IMG/VR virus record: IMGVR_UViG_3300043399_000561
From: a virus
Taxonomy: Duplodnaviria; Heunggongvirae; Uroviricota; Caudoviricetes
Direction: 5' to 3' (one strand)
Length of the DNA stretch: 64,000 bases
Positions 16,036-24,741 of the stretch are shown piece after piece. Positions within the stretch are counted from its first letter, which is position 1. Each line of letters begins with the position of its first letter. The position numbers and the translations under genes were made by a program. The notes beneath the pieces are model-generated. The model was not told where the DNA came from and did not search any database. It saw nothing but the letters and a program-made list of their open reading frames with translations.

Positions 16036-16692
16036 TTATAATGATTGTAGTCTATCTATAATAGAATTACGTTCTTCAATTGTGTTTTCTTTTAGGTCTA
16101 GAGGATAGAAAAACGCCATCGGAAGTTCAAATGCCGGCACTGACTCTAGTCCACCCTTAATTGTTTGGTTGTGATAAGTTTTAGCATTTAAACTAAAAAC
16201 ACTCTTGTTTTCAGCTTCATATTGCTCTATCAAGACAGGTGTACTTGAAGGGAAACTTTCATTGGGATCAGATACCTCACCCGGAACTTCATAAAAATTA
16301 ATTAAACTGTTGTTTGCGCCATCAAGCAAAAAAGTTAATGTGTAGTCAGAAGTGGTTGGGTGCAGATGTTTGTGTATATTTAAAGTAACGTTATTCAACC
16401 CAAATAACATAGGCAAAAAGTTATATTTCTTACATAATTCAGAAATATTGGTCCTGTTAATTACTTCACTATAAAGTAATTGATCTATATCTCTCACTTC
16501 ATCCGCAAGAGCATTGAAACTCATATAAGTTTGTGTACCAGTAACCGTCTGATATAATCCAGATGCCCAGCAATACGAATTCTGTACTGAAGGATCTAAC
16601 TCATAGACCAGAGAGAAGGCTTCTAGAGTGGAAGTGACAATTTCATTGTACACTGAATCTGACAGAATTACGGGAACATAATTTTTTGACAC
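16036..16692 (-). CDS. Hypothetical protein (218 aa)
   Basis: ORF track; no motif I can assign confidently. Confidence 0.45.
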   Translation of the reverse strand: MSKNYVPVILSDSVYNEIVTSTLEAFSLVYELDPSVQNSYCWASGLYQTVTGTQTYMSFNALADEVRDIDQLLYSEVINRTNISELCKKYNFLPMLFGLNNVTLNIHKHLHPTTSDYTLTFLLDGANNSLINFYEVPGEVSDPNESFPSSTPVLIEQYEAENKSVFSLNAKTYHNQTIKGGLESVPAFELPMAFFYPLDLKENTIEERNSIIDRLQSL

Positions 16693-16745
16693 CAGGAAAC
16701 TTTTCCTTTTTTGTTATTTAGTCCCGAAATTATTCGTAATTAATA

Positions 16746-16822
16746 TGGTAGACCCTGAGAGATTCGAACTCCCGACCTTCTGTTTCGAAGACAGACATTC
16801 TATCCAGCTGAACTAAGGGTCC
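16746..16822 (-). tRNA. tRNA-Arg(TCG)
   Basis: Anticodon loop CTTCGAA, T-loop TTCGAAT, CCA. Confidence 0.8.
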
Positions 16823-16833
16823 AAAATATTATA

Positions 16834-16907
16834 TGGTGCTCCCAGGAGGTACCGCCCCTCCGGCTCATCATTACCAATGATGTGTATTGCTTTTATACTA
16901 TGGGAGC
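16834..16907 (-). tRNA. tRNA-Thr(GGT) with non-canonical T-loop
   Basis: Anticodon loop TTGGTAA; T-arm GGAGG GGCGGTA CCTCC lacks the TTC; CCA. Confidence 0.6.
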
Positions 16908-16938
16908 CGACATCATATTTAGTATGCTAATTCCGGTG

Positions 16939-17535
16939 TTAATTTAAAGGAAGTCCTCTTGATGCTCTGCCATTGCCCTTATTACGACCTTTCCAAGTCG
17001 GCGTAATACTATGACAATTAGGACAAACTAATCTAAGGTTGGCGAATTCGTTATTTCCCGCGTTGCCGTCAATATGATCTAATTCCAACGACAATTTTGC
17101 GCCGCGCCATTCCGATATGCCACATTCAAAGCAGTTGCTTCCGTACTCACGAATCAACGCAGTTTTGATAGTCGTTCGTTCGGTTAGGTTTCCTTCATAT
17201 AATCGTTTTTTAGTGTCCTCTCTAGTAGGAATATGCTGGCAATCTGCACTACAATATTTTTTTACTAGGTGCTTAGAAGAGGTGTGTTTTTTTCCGCAGC
17301 CTGCACATTCCCATTCTACTTTGGTAGCTCTATTTTTATTAGAATGGGTAGCGGCGCAAGTGTGGTTACAGAATTTTTTGTGCCTATCAACATATGATAG
17401 TGTTTTGTTGCATTCCGCACAAGAACTAGGAGAACTGTCATAAAGTTCTACTCGTTGCAGTTTTTTCTTTTCTAAGGTAGCTCTGGCTTTTTTCATACCA
17501 AGCGCGCCTGCTTCTGCTTTTGTTAGTTTTCGCAT
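16939..17535 (-). CDS. HNH endonuclease with multiple CxxC zinc knuckles
   Basis: ELDHIDGNAGNNEFANLRLVCPNCHSITP. Confidence 0.65.
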   Translation of the reverse strand: MRKLTKAEAGALGMKKARATLEKKKLQRVELYDSSPSSCAECNKTLSYVDRHKKFCNHTCAATHSNKNRATKVEWECAGCGKKHTSSKHLVKKYCSADCQHIPTREDTKKRLYEGNLTERTTIKTALIREYGSNCFECGISEWRGAKLSLELDHIDGNAGNNEFANLRLVCPNCHSITPTWKGRNKGNGRASRGLPLN

Positions 17536-17600
17536 ATAATACTCTCCACAATGTATTTATGCTCTAGGTTCAAAACCAGCTAAAAGCAGCATTATAAAGT

Positions 17601-17674
17601 TGGATGCCCCTCTAGGACTCGAACCTAGGTTGACGGATTCAAAGTCCGCTCTCTTACCACTAGAGGAAGGGGCA
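17601..17674 (-). tRNA. tRNA-Gln(TTG)
   Basis: Anticodon loop CTTTGAA, T-loop TTCGAGT, CCA. Confidence 0.8.
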
Positions 17675-17692
17675 ATGTCAACTTGTAGACAC

Positions 17693-17721
17693 ATTATATA
17701 TGCGATTGCATAAAATGTCAA
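17693..17721 (-). promoter_or_regulatory. sigma70 consensus promoter TTGACA-N17-TATAAT upstream of tRNA-Gln(TTG)
   Basis: Perfect -35 and -10 hexamers with 17-nt spacer; -10 lies ~20 nt from the tRNA 5' end. Confidence 0.6.
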
Positions 17722-17727
17722 ATAAAA

Positions 17728-17803
17728 TGGATGCCCGAGATGGGGTCGAACCACCAACCTCCTGGTTCAGAGCCAGGCGATCTGCCAATTGATCTATCGG
17801 GCA
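17728..17803 (-). tRNA. tRNA-Gln(CTG)
   Basis: Anticodon loop CTCTGAA, T-loop TTCGACC, CCA. Confidence 0.8.
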
Positions 17804-18525
17804 GCATACCATAAATTGTTATGTGTTATATAATCTAGCAATTGAACATCTGGATCAACATATTTTTGCACCTTCTGAAGGTATTCAGGATCCAGTAGCT
17901 TTTCTTTAAGAATCTCATAAACAAAACGTTTTGATTCACTTCCTTCATCATATCTATGATAGTTATCATTGATGATAAGGTTATTGTCATTGCGTAAAGT
18001 GCGTATGAAGGAACACAGTTCGTCTTCTAAACTATCGTCACATTTAAAAAATATACATTTATTAATGTTATAATGAAAAATCACATCAAGCTGCCTATTA
18101 GAATGCGTATCCAATCGCCCTAATTCAAATAAAAACTTAATGAATCTTTCGTTAGTGAATAGTTCTGTGCAAAAATCTAAATCATACCCAGACATATATT
18201 GGGCAATACCTGCTACCCAACGTTCAACAGGATCACGAAGAATTATAATATATCTTCTTCTAAGGCCAAGCTTCCTTAATTCTTTTCTCGTGAAACATAG
18301 ATTTTCTTCAAATAATTTTGAAACCCAGCAATGAGCATTCTTTAATATAGGTAAATACGCATAGTGAATTGAACCTATTTTAGCTGAATATATGTTCCCG
18401 CCGATTGGAGGATAATACTTCGGTGCAGTTTTCTGTATTGGGATATTAGGTTTAATATTAAACAACATATGTTTATTTATTAGTAAAGCATTCGTTACTA
18501 AAGAATACTCAAGGTGCCGATCCAA
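17794..18525 (-). CDS. Possible sulfotransferase-family protein
   Basis: ILRDPVERWVAGIAQY resembles the sulfotransferase 3'-PB RDP..R..S.Y motif. The start is uncertain: TTG at 18525, or ATG at 18468. The stop overlaps tRNA-Gln by 10 nt. Confidence 0.3.
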   Translation of the reverse strand: MDRHLEYSLVTNALLINKHMLFNIKPNIPIQKTAPKYYPPIGGNIYSAKIGSIHYAYLPILKNAHCWVSKLFEENLCFTRKELRKLGLRRRYIIILRDPVERWVAGIAQYMSGYDLDFCTELFTNERFIKFLFELGRLDTHSNRQLDVIFHYNINKCIFFKCDDSLEDELCSFIRTLRNDNNLIINDNYHRYDEGSESKRFVYEILKEKLLDPEYLQKVQKYVDPDVQLLDYITHNNLWYAAR

Positions 18526-18756
18526 GGTTCACAGCCGAGGGGCGTTGTTCTTCTCTCATATTCTTGAATAATGAATGGTTAGCCTTTTGTTGACAAGCGA
18601 TCTATGTTGTCTGGCATTTCAGACTTGACCGCTTGAAGGGAATCACTATGTTCCCTACTGATAGATTTTTCATCGCACTAAAGCGAATCCATCCTTACCA
18701 CCGCCCCTTCTTTTTTTATAGTGCTTTGCAGGCTCGTTCCGACTTGCACTGTTAGT

Positions 18757-18790
18757 AATAAAAAACCCCAGAAACTTGAGTTTCCGGGGG
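18757..18790 (-). terminator. Rho-independent terminator for minus-strand transcription
   Basis: Minus strand reads CCCCCGGAAACT CA AGTTTCTGGGG followed by TTTTTTATT. Confidence 0.6.
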
Positions 18791-19049
18791 ACAAATAAAC
18801 TAGTTTATAACTATGCTTACTTCATCCCCTCATACCCCATTCAATCATTGAATTAAAGGTATTGCGGGCACTTGTTGGATATACTGCCGCAACCTGACCC
18901 AATAAGGAATCGAGTCCCCCGAGTCTATGTTGTTTCAGACATATGTTACGAGTGTTAGTATTCATAGTAAGTTTATTTAGTCCTGGTTTAAAATAGTGCA
19001 TTTTAACGGCTAGTTTTTCAACTTTTCGTCAATCTGCGCTACAATTACT

Positions 19050-19078
19050 CTTATATATCATTTGAAAAACATTGTCAA
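19050..19078 (-). promoter_or_regulatory. sigma70-type promoter TTGACA-N17-TATAAG
   Basis: Exact N17 spacing; transcribes toward the terminator at 18757-18790, about 290 nt away. Confidence 0.5.
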
Positions 19079-19085
19079 GAAAAAA

Positions 19086-19328
19086 TTATCCGCTTAACAA
19101 TTTATAAACTTCGTCGCAATCATTCAATATGCTGTTTAGTGAACGACCATTGCAACGAAGACCGAGCGTGTAAGCAGGGTCTTCAATTACCACGCCGAAC
19201 TTCCCATCATACATAATGAAGTCACCCTGGCGCAGAGTTTTGACATTACTAAAATCAACACGAGGTCCATATTTCATACCAATCTCCTTGCTATATCTCT
19301 TTATAGCAGTTTGAGCTTTCTGTGTCAA
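19086..19328 (-). CDS. Hypothetical protein (80 aa)
   Basis: ORF track. Confidence 0.4.
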   Translation of the reverse strand: MTQKAQTAIKRYSKEIGMKYGPRVDFSNVKTLRQGDFIMYDGKFGVVIEDPAYTLGLRCNGRSLNSILNDCDEVYKLLSG

Positions 19329-19353
19329 CCGTTTTCTTCTATCTAAATAGAAG

Positions 19354-19914
19354 ATGAACTACGATAGCTTCTCTCACGGTCAAATCCAATCCAAACTATG
19401 GCTTTGCAAGGAGCTTGAAAAGTTTGTCCACGCTAACATCAAGATTGCTATCTTGGGTAGCTGGTACAATGTTTTATCGTTTATGCTTCTTACTAGGAAT
19501 GCGGACAGATATCAATATATTTTGGGCGTGGACCTTGACCCAGAGACAAAAGAAATTGCCGACAAGATCACCGAAGCGTGGCGAATCGGTAAGGATTATA
19601 AGGTTGAGAACATTATAGCGGACGCAAATCTTGTAAATTTAGCTGGCTACGACCTTGTAATCAATTGTTCACCTGAACACTTGACCGGAAATGATTGGTT
19701 TGAGAATCTTGAGTATGGCACTATGGTCTGCATTCAATCAAGCGATGTGCAGACAAGTGACGATGATGTTTGGAAGTGTGTCAATCCAAATGAAAGTTTG
19801 GAAGATTTGGTATTAAAATACCCGTTATCAAAGTATCTTTACTCCGGTGAAAAGGAGATAAGGTATACTGAGGATAACGGGTATAAAAGATTTATGCTGA
19901 TTGGAATCAAATAA
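19354..19914 (+). CDS. Hypothetical protein, possibly a Rossmann-fold methyltransferase
   Basis: Only plus-strand gene in this block. IAILGSW and ILGVDLDPE are weak matches to MTase motifs I and II. Weak call. Confidence 0.3.
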   Translation: MNYDSFSHGQIQSKLWLCKELEKFVHANIKIAILGSWYNVLSFMLLTRNADRYQYILGVDLDPETKEIADKITEAWRIGKDYKVENIIADANLVNLAGYDLVINCSPEHLTGNDWFENLEYGTMVCIQSSDVQTSDDDVWKCVNPNESLEDLVLKYPLSKYLYSGEKEIRYTEDNGYKRFMLIGIK

Positions 19915-20374
19915 GACACTTGCTGATTGCAGGAATTACACTTGCAATATCAGCAACAGATTTGATTTGGTCGCTCGGAAATCCATTCAATAATAGATTA
20001 TTGATTGTTTGTTGAGCAATATGTGAGTTACCCAAAACTAACGCACTAGCTAATGCATAAGGGGTGTCATATGATGGAACATAAGGTGTACCGAGTAAAC
20101 AAACATCATATGTCATATTAACAATATCAACTGACATAGCTGCAACAGTTTTGGCAATATCTTCACGAATATCATTACCGAACAATACATCGCTCATAGT
20201 AATTTCAAACGCAAGTTCTCCGTTTCCATCAGCAAGTGCAGCAGCTAATGCGCAACTATGCGCTACAGCATCACCTAAATTATGTTCAGTCATTACAGAC
20301 TGAATCTTGTTACCTAAATCTTCTGCATAACCAGGAAGACTTATAGTAAGTGTTTTTACCCAATCTCTGTTCAC
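19907..20374 (-). CDS. Hypothetical protein (155 aa)
   Basis: ORF track; stop overlaps the start of the SGNH gene (coupled). Confidence 0.4.
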   Translation of the reverse strand: MNRDWVKTLTISLPGYAEDLGNKIQSVMTEHNLGDAVAHSCALAAALADGNGELAFEITMSDVLFGNDIREDIAKTVAAMSVDIVNMTYDVCLLGTPYVPSYDTPYALASALVLGNSHIAQQTINNLLLNGFPSDQIKSVADIASVIPAISKCLI

Positions 20375-20997
20375 GGATTCAAATCCTCTAATACTTGTTG
20401 ATAAATGCGTCTTGCACCATTTCCGCTAGGATGAATCCCATCACCGAGATGACCATAGTTTTCAAGTGGACCTAAGAATACAACATCTTCCTGTCTTGCT
20501 AGATTAGCAAGCTGTCCATTGACATTTTCTTTTCTAAAGTTAACACGATATGTGCCATAGCGATTATGAATCCAAGGGCTAGTGTTGCTACCAGTTCCTA
20601 CAAGAAACACCAATGCGCCAGCAGCCTTCAATCTGCCAATCTGTTGTCTAATAGGTCTAATATCAAGACTACGACCCTGACCATTCTTACGCTCATAAGT
20701 GCTATTGCTAGCACCACTGCTTAGAATGACAACACTTCCTCGTGCCTTTCCAGTAGCGATGAAATTATCAATGTAACGCAAGATGGTTACAGTATCCTTA
20801 CCACCCTTGCGCCAGCGATTATTTCCGGCGCGATCTAAACCATTTTCGTTGGCAATACCAACTGCGATACTATCACCGATCACATACACACGGTCTATTC
20901 CGTTAACAATCACGTGGCTATTAGTGACACGAATGTTAGCATATGCCGGAGTGGCAACTAACATTGATATAATTACTAAAAACAACTTTTTAAACAT
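20371..20997 (-). CDS. Secreted SGNH/GDSL hydrolase
   Basis: Signal peptide; GDS block VIGDSIAVG; catalytic DGIHPS (DxxH) near the C-terminus. Confidence 0.65.
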   Translation of the reverse strand: MFKKLFLVIISMLVATPAYANIRVTNSHVIVNGIDRVYVIGDSIAVGIANENGLDRAGNNRWRKGGKDTVTILRYIDNFIATGKARGSVVILSSGASNSTYERKNGQGRSLDIRPIRQQIGRLKAAGALVFLVGTGSNTSPWIHNRYGTYRVNFRKENVNGQLANLARQEDVVFLGPLENYGHLGDGIHPSGNGARRIYQQVLEDLNP

Positions 20998-21045
20998 ACT
21001 CTATCCTTTATACATAGGTTGGAAGGGACTAAGTCCCTTCCTAAA

Positions 21046-22113
21046 TTAAAATGCAAGTGCGCTGTAATCGTACAGTACCTTTTCCTTGACACGAGTAAGA
21101 ATGAGCCTTGCACCCTTGCTTTCAAAGATAAACATTCCCTTCTGTGAATCCAAATTGATAAGATTTTCGGGAGTGAACTTAAACTCCTTCCATTCAGCCT
21201 CATCATTGTTAGGGTCAGTATCATATTCGATATTAACACCAGACACAGCAAGCGGGTTGCCTCGCCATTCACAGTATTCCAAACGCTCACTAGGAATTTC
21301 AGCACCACAATCAATGAGAGTGATATCGTACCTAGCACCACTGTCATATTCAGGCTTTGCGTTAAGCATTTCAAGTGCCTCACTCGGGCTTTCGTTATAT
21401 CGGTTCATTTCTTCAATAAGAGCCTTAAGCATATCAAAGTTGAACTCACCAAACAAACTCGTAAGACCACAAATTTGGTCAATATACTGCTTGTTATTAA
21501 GACGATCCTCACAATATTCACGAATGAAGGTTACATCAAGTCCCTTAAAATCAAGCAGGTAGAACAGTCGACCGGGGCGATTACGCATATGCTCATTGAC
21601 ACGCCACTTGTCATTCACGGTGAGGATGTAAAGCTTCTTACTACCGAATACACCATCAAGCAGTGTGAGGATTTCCTCCTGCTTGTCGCGGTCGTATACC
21701 TTCTCAAACTCATCAAAAAGAATGACGCACGGCTGATCAATATCCTGCAATAGCTTGAAGAAGCCATCACCAGTCCAATCACGATTGATCACGATAGTAG
21801 GGACGCCTTGCTTTGCAAGTTCGATAGAGATATTCTTAGCAAGCAGCGTCTTGCCACTACCCTTTTCACCGTTCAACAGAACACCCGTCTGCTGGGGACG
21901 GTCCCAAAACGAATTGATAATCCGATCAGTGTGACGGAGAGTATTACCGTACAACTTTGACGGAATTTCAAAGTTTTCAATCTGATCAAGATAGAAATTA
22001 CCAAAAGGATCTACCGCAACGGTATAGTTGCCTGCAGGAAGTTGCTCGTGTAGATTCATTGCTTCCTTGCTGGAAACACGAAAAGTAGTACCACTCTTAA
22101 GAAAGTATGCCAT
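21046..22113 (-). CDS. AAA+ ATPase
   Basis: Walker A LLNGEKGSGKTL; Walker B CVILFDEFEK; sensor-1 LTVND; Arg finger RPGRLFY. Confidence 0.7.
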   Translation of the reverse strand: MAYFLKSGTTFRVSSKEAMNLHEQLPAGNYTVAVDPFGNFYLDQIENFEIPSKLYGNTLRHTDRIINSFWDRPQQTGVLLNGEKGSGKTLLAKNISIELAKQGVPTIVINRDWTGDGFFKLLQDIDQPCVILFDEFEKVYDRDKQEEILTLLDGVFGSKKLYILTVNDKWRVNEHMRNRPGRLFYLLDFKGLDVTFIREYCEDRLNNKQYIDQICGLTSLFGEFNFDMLKALIEEMNRYNESPSEALEMLNAKPEYDSGARYDITLIDCGAEIPSERLEYCEWRGNPLAVSGVNIEYDTDPNNDEAEWKEFKFTPENLINLDSQKGMFIFESKGARLILTRVKEKVLYDYSALAF

Positions 22114-22120
22114 ATTATCC

Positions 22121-22444
22121 TCAAAACTTTAGTAGGTTAAACGCAAGCAGGATATCCCGCTTGTCTTCGTCAACTGGATGAACTGCCAGTGCAGTATACT
22201 CACCTTCATTTAGATCAGGTTCATAAAACTTTTCATACTTGAATCCAAACTTAGTGAGAATCTTTTCAACAGCCTCGAGGGCTTCTAGGTTGCGAACGCC
22301 AACACAAGTAAAGTATGTGTTGTCAGGATCTTCGGTGGAGCCGAGCTTGAACCCCAGCTTCATAGCAACGTGTGCGGTCTGCACAAGCTGGTACTCCTTG
22401 AAAATATCTTGTCTGGTGAAAAAATATGCGTATCGTTTTGTCAT
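22121..22444 (-). CDS. PTH2-family peptidyl-tRNA hydrolase
   Basis: QLVQTAHVAM matches AAQCSHAA; TALAVHPVDED matches TVLGIGPGPAD; 107 aa is the right size for a PTH2 fold. Confidence 0.5.
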   Translation of the reverse strand: MTKRYAYFFTRQDIFKEYQLVQTAHVAMKLGFKLGSTEDPDNTYFTCVGVRNLEALEAVEKILTKFGFKYEKFYEPDLNEGEYTALAVHPVDEDKRDILLAFNLLKF

Positions 22445-22491
22445 AGTTTCTTATAACAGGAGTTGACCCTAAAGTCAACCCCTTATTATCC

Positions 22492-23865
22492 TCACTTGTT
22501 AGCGTTTGCCCGAACTTCGTCAAAAGTCATATCACGAACAAGAACACCATTTTCAAAAACTGCTTCAAGCATATCCGTAGCAAAAATGTATTCACGGTCA
22601 TCGCTACGAACAGTATGGTACGTTCCATCAACAAACTTGATCAGCTTGAGCTTACCCTTCTTGCTCTGCTTGCCCTTGTCAGTGATCGGGTCCTTGAAAA
22701 CATCAACCCACTTACCATCAACAAGTGCCGCGCTGCACTTCATAGCGAAGCGGAAATCATCTCTATTCACAGTCTGAAGTAACATTCCGCCCTGACCGAA
22801 AGCCACATTGTCAGCACTGTAACCAGCAAGCGTGATCGTGTAGAGAATGCTACGAATAGTCTGGTGATTGATGCCGTCACCCTGCAAGACACGGACATTG
22901 TTCAATACCTTGTAGCCCTTGTCATTAACAGTGTGACCAAAGTTCTTGTCAAGAATCTTGAGGCACTTGCAGACAACATCAGCTGGATCTCCCGAGTCAG
23001 GACGAACAACAAGAGTAGCACCACTATCAAGAACATCCTGCTTAAGTTCGGTACCCCACATTTCGCAAGCAGCGAAAATGTCATAGCTGTCCGAAACACA
23101 AGCAAAGATACCACCTGGCTTTGCGTTCTGTTTGATCATATTGCGATAGCTGTCAACCTCGTGTTCACGCCCCCAGCTGGTTACAGTGCTGTGTTCCATT
23201 GCAGGAACGCTAAACCCAGCCATGTCAGCATTGTAATAACGACGGGCAAAAAGCAGAGCCTCAACGGTGTCGGTCCCTTGAAAATTAACCAAGTGCGCGG
23301 CACCACCAATTCCTGCACTTTCCAAACTGCTAACCCCACGAGCACCGAAATCGTGAAGTTTAAAATCAATAGTAGTAGGATCACCAGTTTTCTCCAGATA
23401 TTCAAGAATCAATTTCTTGTTTTCATAGCTGTTAGTAGCAACAGTAGTAGGATACCAAATTGCACGAAGCAGCGCCGTTTCGAGGAACGAAGTCAGCCAG
23501 TAACAGTTAGGATCAGTGTTTTCAATCGTAACGAGAACATTACCAGTAGGAATGACAAGACCCTCAGGTGCTGCTTTAATGCGAACAGGAAGATATCCGT
23601 TATGTTCTAGAAGAATGTAAATCCAGCCTTCTCGATTAAAAGGTTCGCCGTGTGCTGTAATGATAGCTTCCGCTTCTTGGATCATTTCAAGCGTAATCGG
23701 GGTAAGCAAATATTCCTTAATAAAGGCCTGAAGTCCGAAGAAAACAGTAGCATCGTGTTTGCCACCGCGGCTTTCAATGTAGCTGTAGATACCAGTTGTG
23801 TTGGGAGGGTATTGATTGAACTGCGAATACTTATAGCTATCCGCGTTAAGAATAATGTTGTGCAT
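22492..23865 (-). CDS. nadV: Nicotinamide phosphoribosyltransferase (NAMPT / NadV)
   Basis: Extensive colinear identity to NAMPT: DSYKYSQFNQYPPNT, VPEGLVIPTGNVLVTIENTDPNCYWLT, LHDFGARGVSS, HLVNFQGTDTV, SVPAMEHSTVTSWG, VVRPDSGDP. Confidence 0.9.
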   Translation of the reverse strand: MHNIILNADSYKYSQFNQYPPNTTGIYSYIESRGGKHDATVFFGLQAFIKEYLLTPITLEMIQEAEAIITAHGEPFNREGWIYILLEHNGYLPVRIKAAPEGLVIPTGNVLVTIENTDPNCYWLTSFLETALLRAIWYPTTVATNSYENKKLILEYLEKTGDPTTIDFKLHDFGARGVSSLESAGIGGAAHLVNFQGTDTVEALLFARRYYNADMAGFSVPAMEHSTVTSWGREHEVDSYRNMIKQNAKPGGIFACVSDSYDIFAACEMWGTELKQDVLDSGATLVVRPDSGDPADVVCKCLKILDKNFGHTVNDKGYKVLNNVRVLQGDGINHQTIRSILYTITLAGYSADNVAFGQGGMLLQTVNRDDFRFAMKCSAALVDGKWVDVFKDPITDKGKQSKKGKLKLIKFVDGTYHTVRSDDREYIFATDMLEAVFENGVLVRDMTFDEVRANANK

Positions 23866-23920
23866 AATAGAACTCCTCTATTTAAAATGCTAGCTTCTAT
23901 CAGCTAGACTTGATGATTGA

Positions 23921-23948
23921 CTATAACAAATCTCTAGCAGAATGTCAA
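23921..23948 (-). promoter_or_regulatory. sigma70-type promoter TTGACA-N17-TATAGT upstream of nadV
   Basis: Exact N17 spacing; about 45 nt upstream of the NAMPT ATG. Confidence 0.5.
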
Positions 23949-24541
23949 CCGAATTCTACAAGGGTGACGGACCCGCCCTTACTAGAAACCTTTTCAGCAA
24001 AGTCTTCAATCATCGCAATGATGCGATCCTTATCACCCCCTGCAAGTCCCATACCGATGTAGGGGAAGCCGAAATTAAACATTTCCCCACCAAGTTGTCG
24101 GGCAGGCTTAGTTGCAGTTTGCCATGCCTTGGTATTTCCCTTGCCTGACCTCCAGCGAGTTTCAGCAAGTTCATTAGCAACCTTAGCACTGTCTTCGGAA
24201 TGTGCTACCTTTTCATACAGTGTGTCAAGAATGCGCTGGAATGCTTCATATTCAAAATGATCCTTGTCACGAGGTGCAAAGTCATATTGAGTATACGCAT
24301 TCACTATGAGAAAAGGATTATCCGCTTTTTTTACTACTTCAAGAGAGAAGGTACCTAGTTTGTCCCTATCACTCTTTACCGTAGCAAGGTCAGCTTCATA
24401 TGCCTCCGGATATCGTTCACGAATCTCCTTAGCGATTCCAGAACCCATCGTGTGGTGACAATTACAACCATGAACTATCACAGTGAATTCTCCCTGTTCA
24501 GCGAGGTCAATGAGATTTCCCTTAGTGTGCTTAAGCATCAT
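23945..24541 (-). CDS. Macro-domain protein (ADP-ribose / ADPR-1''-phosphate binding or processing)
   Basis: GNLIDLAEQGEFTVIVHGCNCHHTMGSGIAKEI matches the GDIT..AIVNAAN..L.GGGV macro core; C-terminal FPYIGMGLAGGD glycine motif. Confidence 0.65.
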   Translation of the reverse strand: MMLKHTKGNLIDLAEQGEFTVIVHGCNCHHTMGSGIAKEIRERYPEAYEADLATVKSDRDKLGTFSLEVVKKADNPFLIVNAYTQYDFAPRDKDHFEYEAFQRILDTLYEKVAHSEDSAKVANELAETRWRSGKGNTKAWQTATKPARQLGGEMFNFGFPYIGMGLAGGDKDRIIAMIEDFAEKVSSKGGSVTLVEFG

Positions 24542-24741
24542 CGTCTCCGATCCGTGAAAACATTTTTACCGCATTGCGGGCACTTGATGCCGCGATCAAC
24601 CGAATAATCACCTAAATAATCGTAGCTGTGCTTGATGGACTGCACTTCACTCTGGGTATATTCTAGAACCGAAGCACAAGACCAACAAGTAACACGATGG
24701 ACGGCTGATTCGTCTCTTCCTACAACCTTAACCATAATCAA
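24538..24741 (-). CDS. Small zinc-ribbon protein (CxxC...CPQC)
   Basis: 67 aa; CWSC and CPQCG pairs; start and stop overlap both neighbours (coupled). Confidence 0.45.
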   Translation of the reverse strand: MIMVKVVGRDESAVHRVTCWSCASVLEYTQSEVQSIKHSYDYLGDYSVDRGIKCPQCGKNVFTDRRR

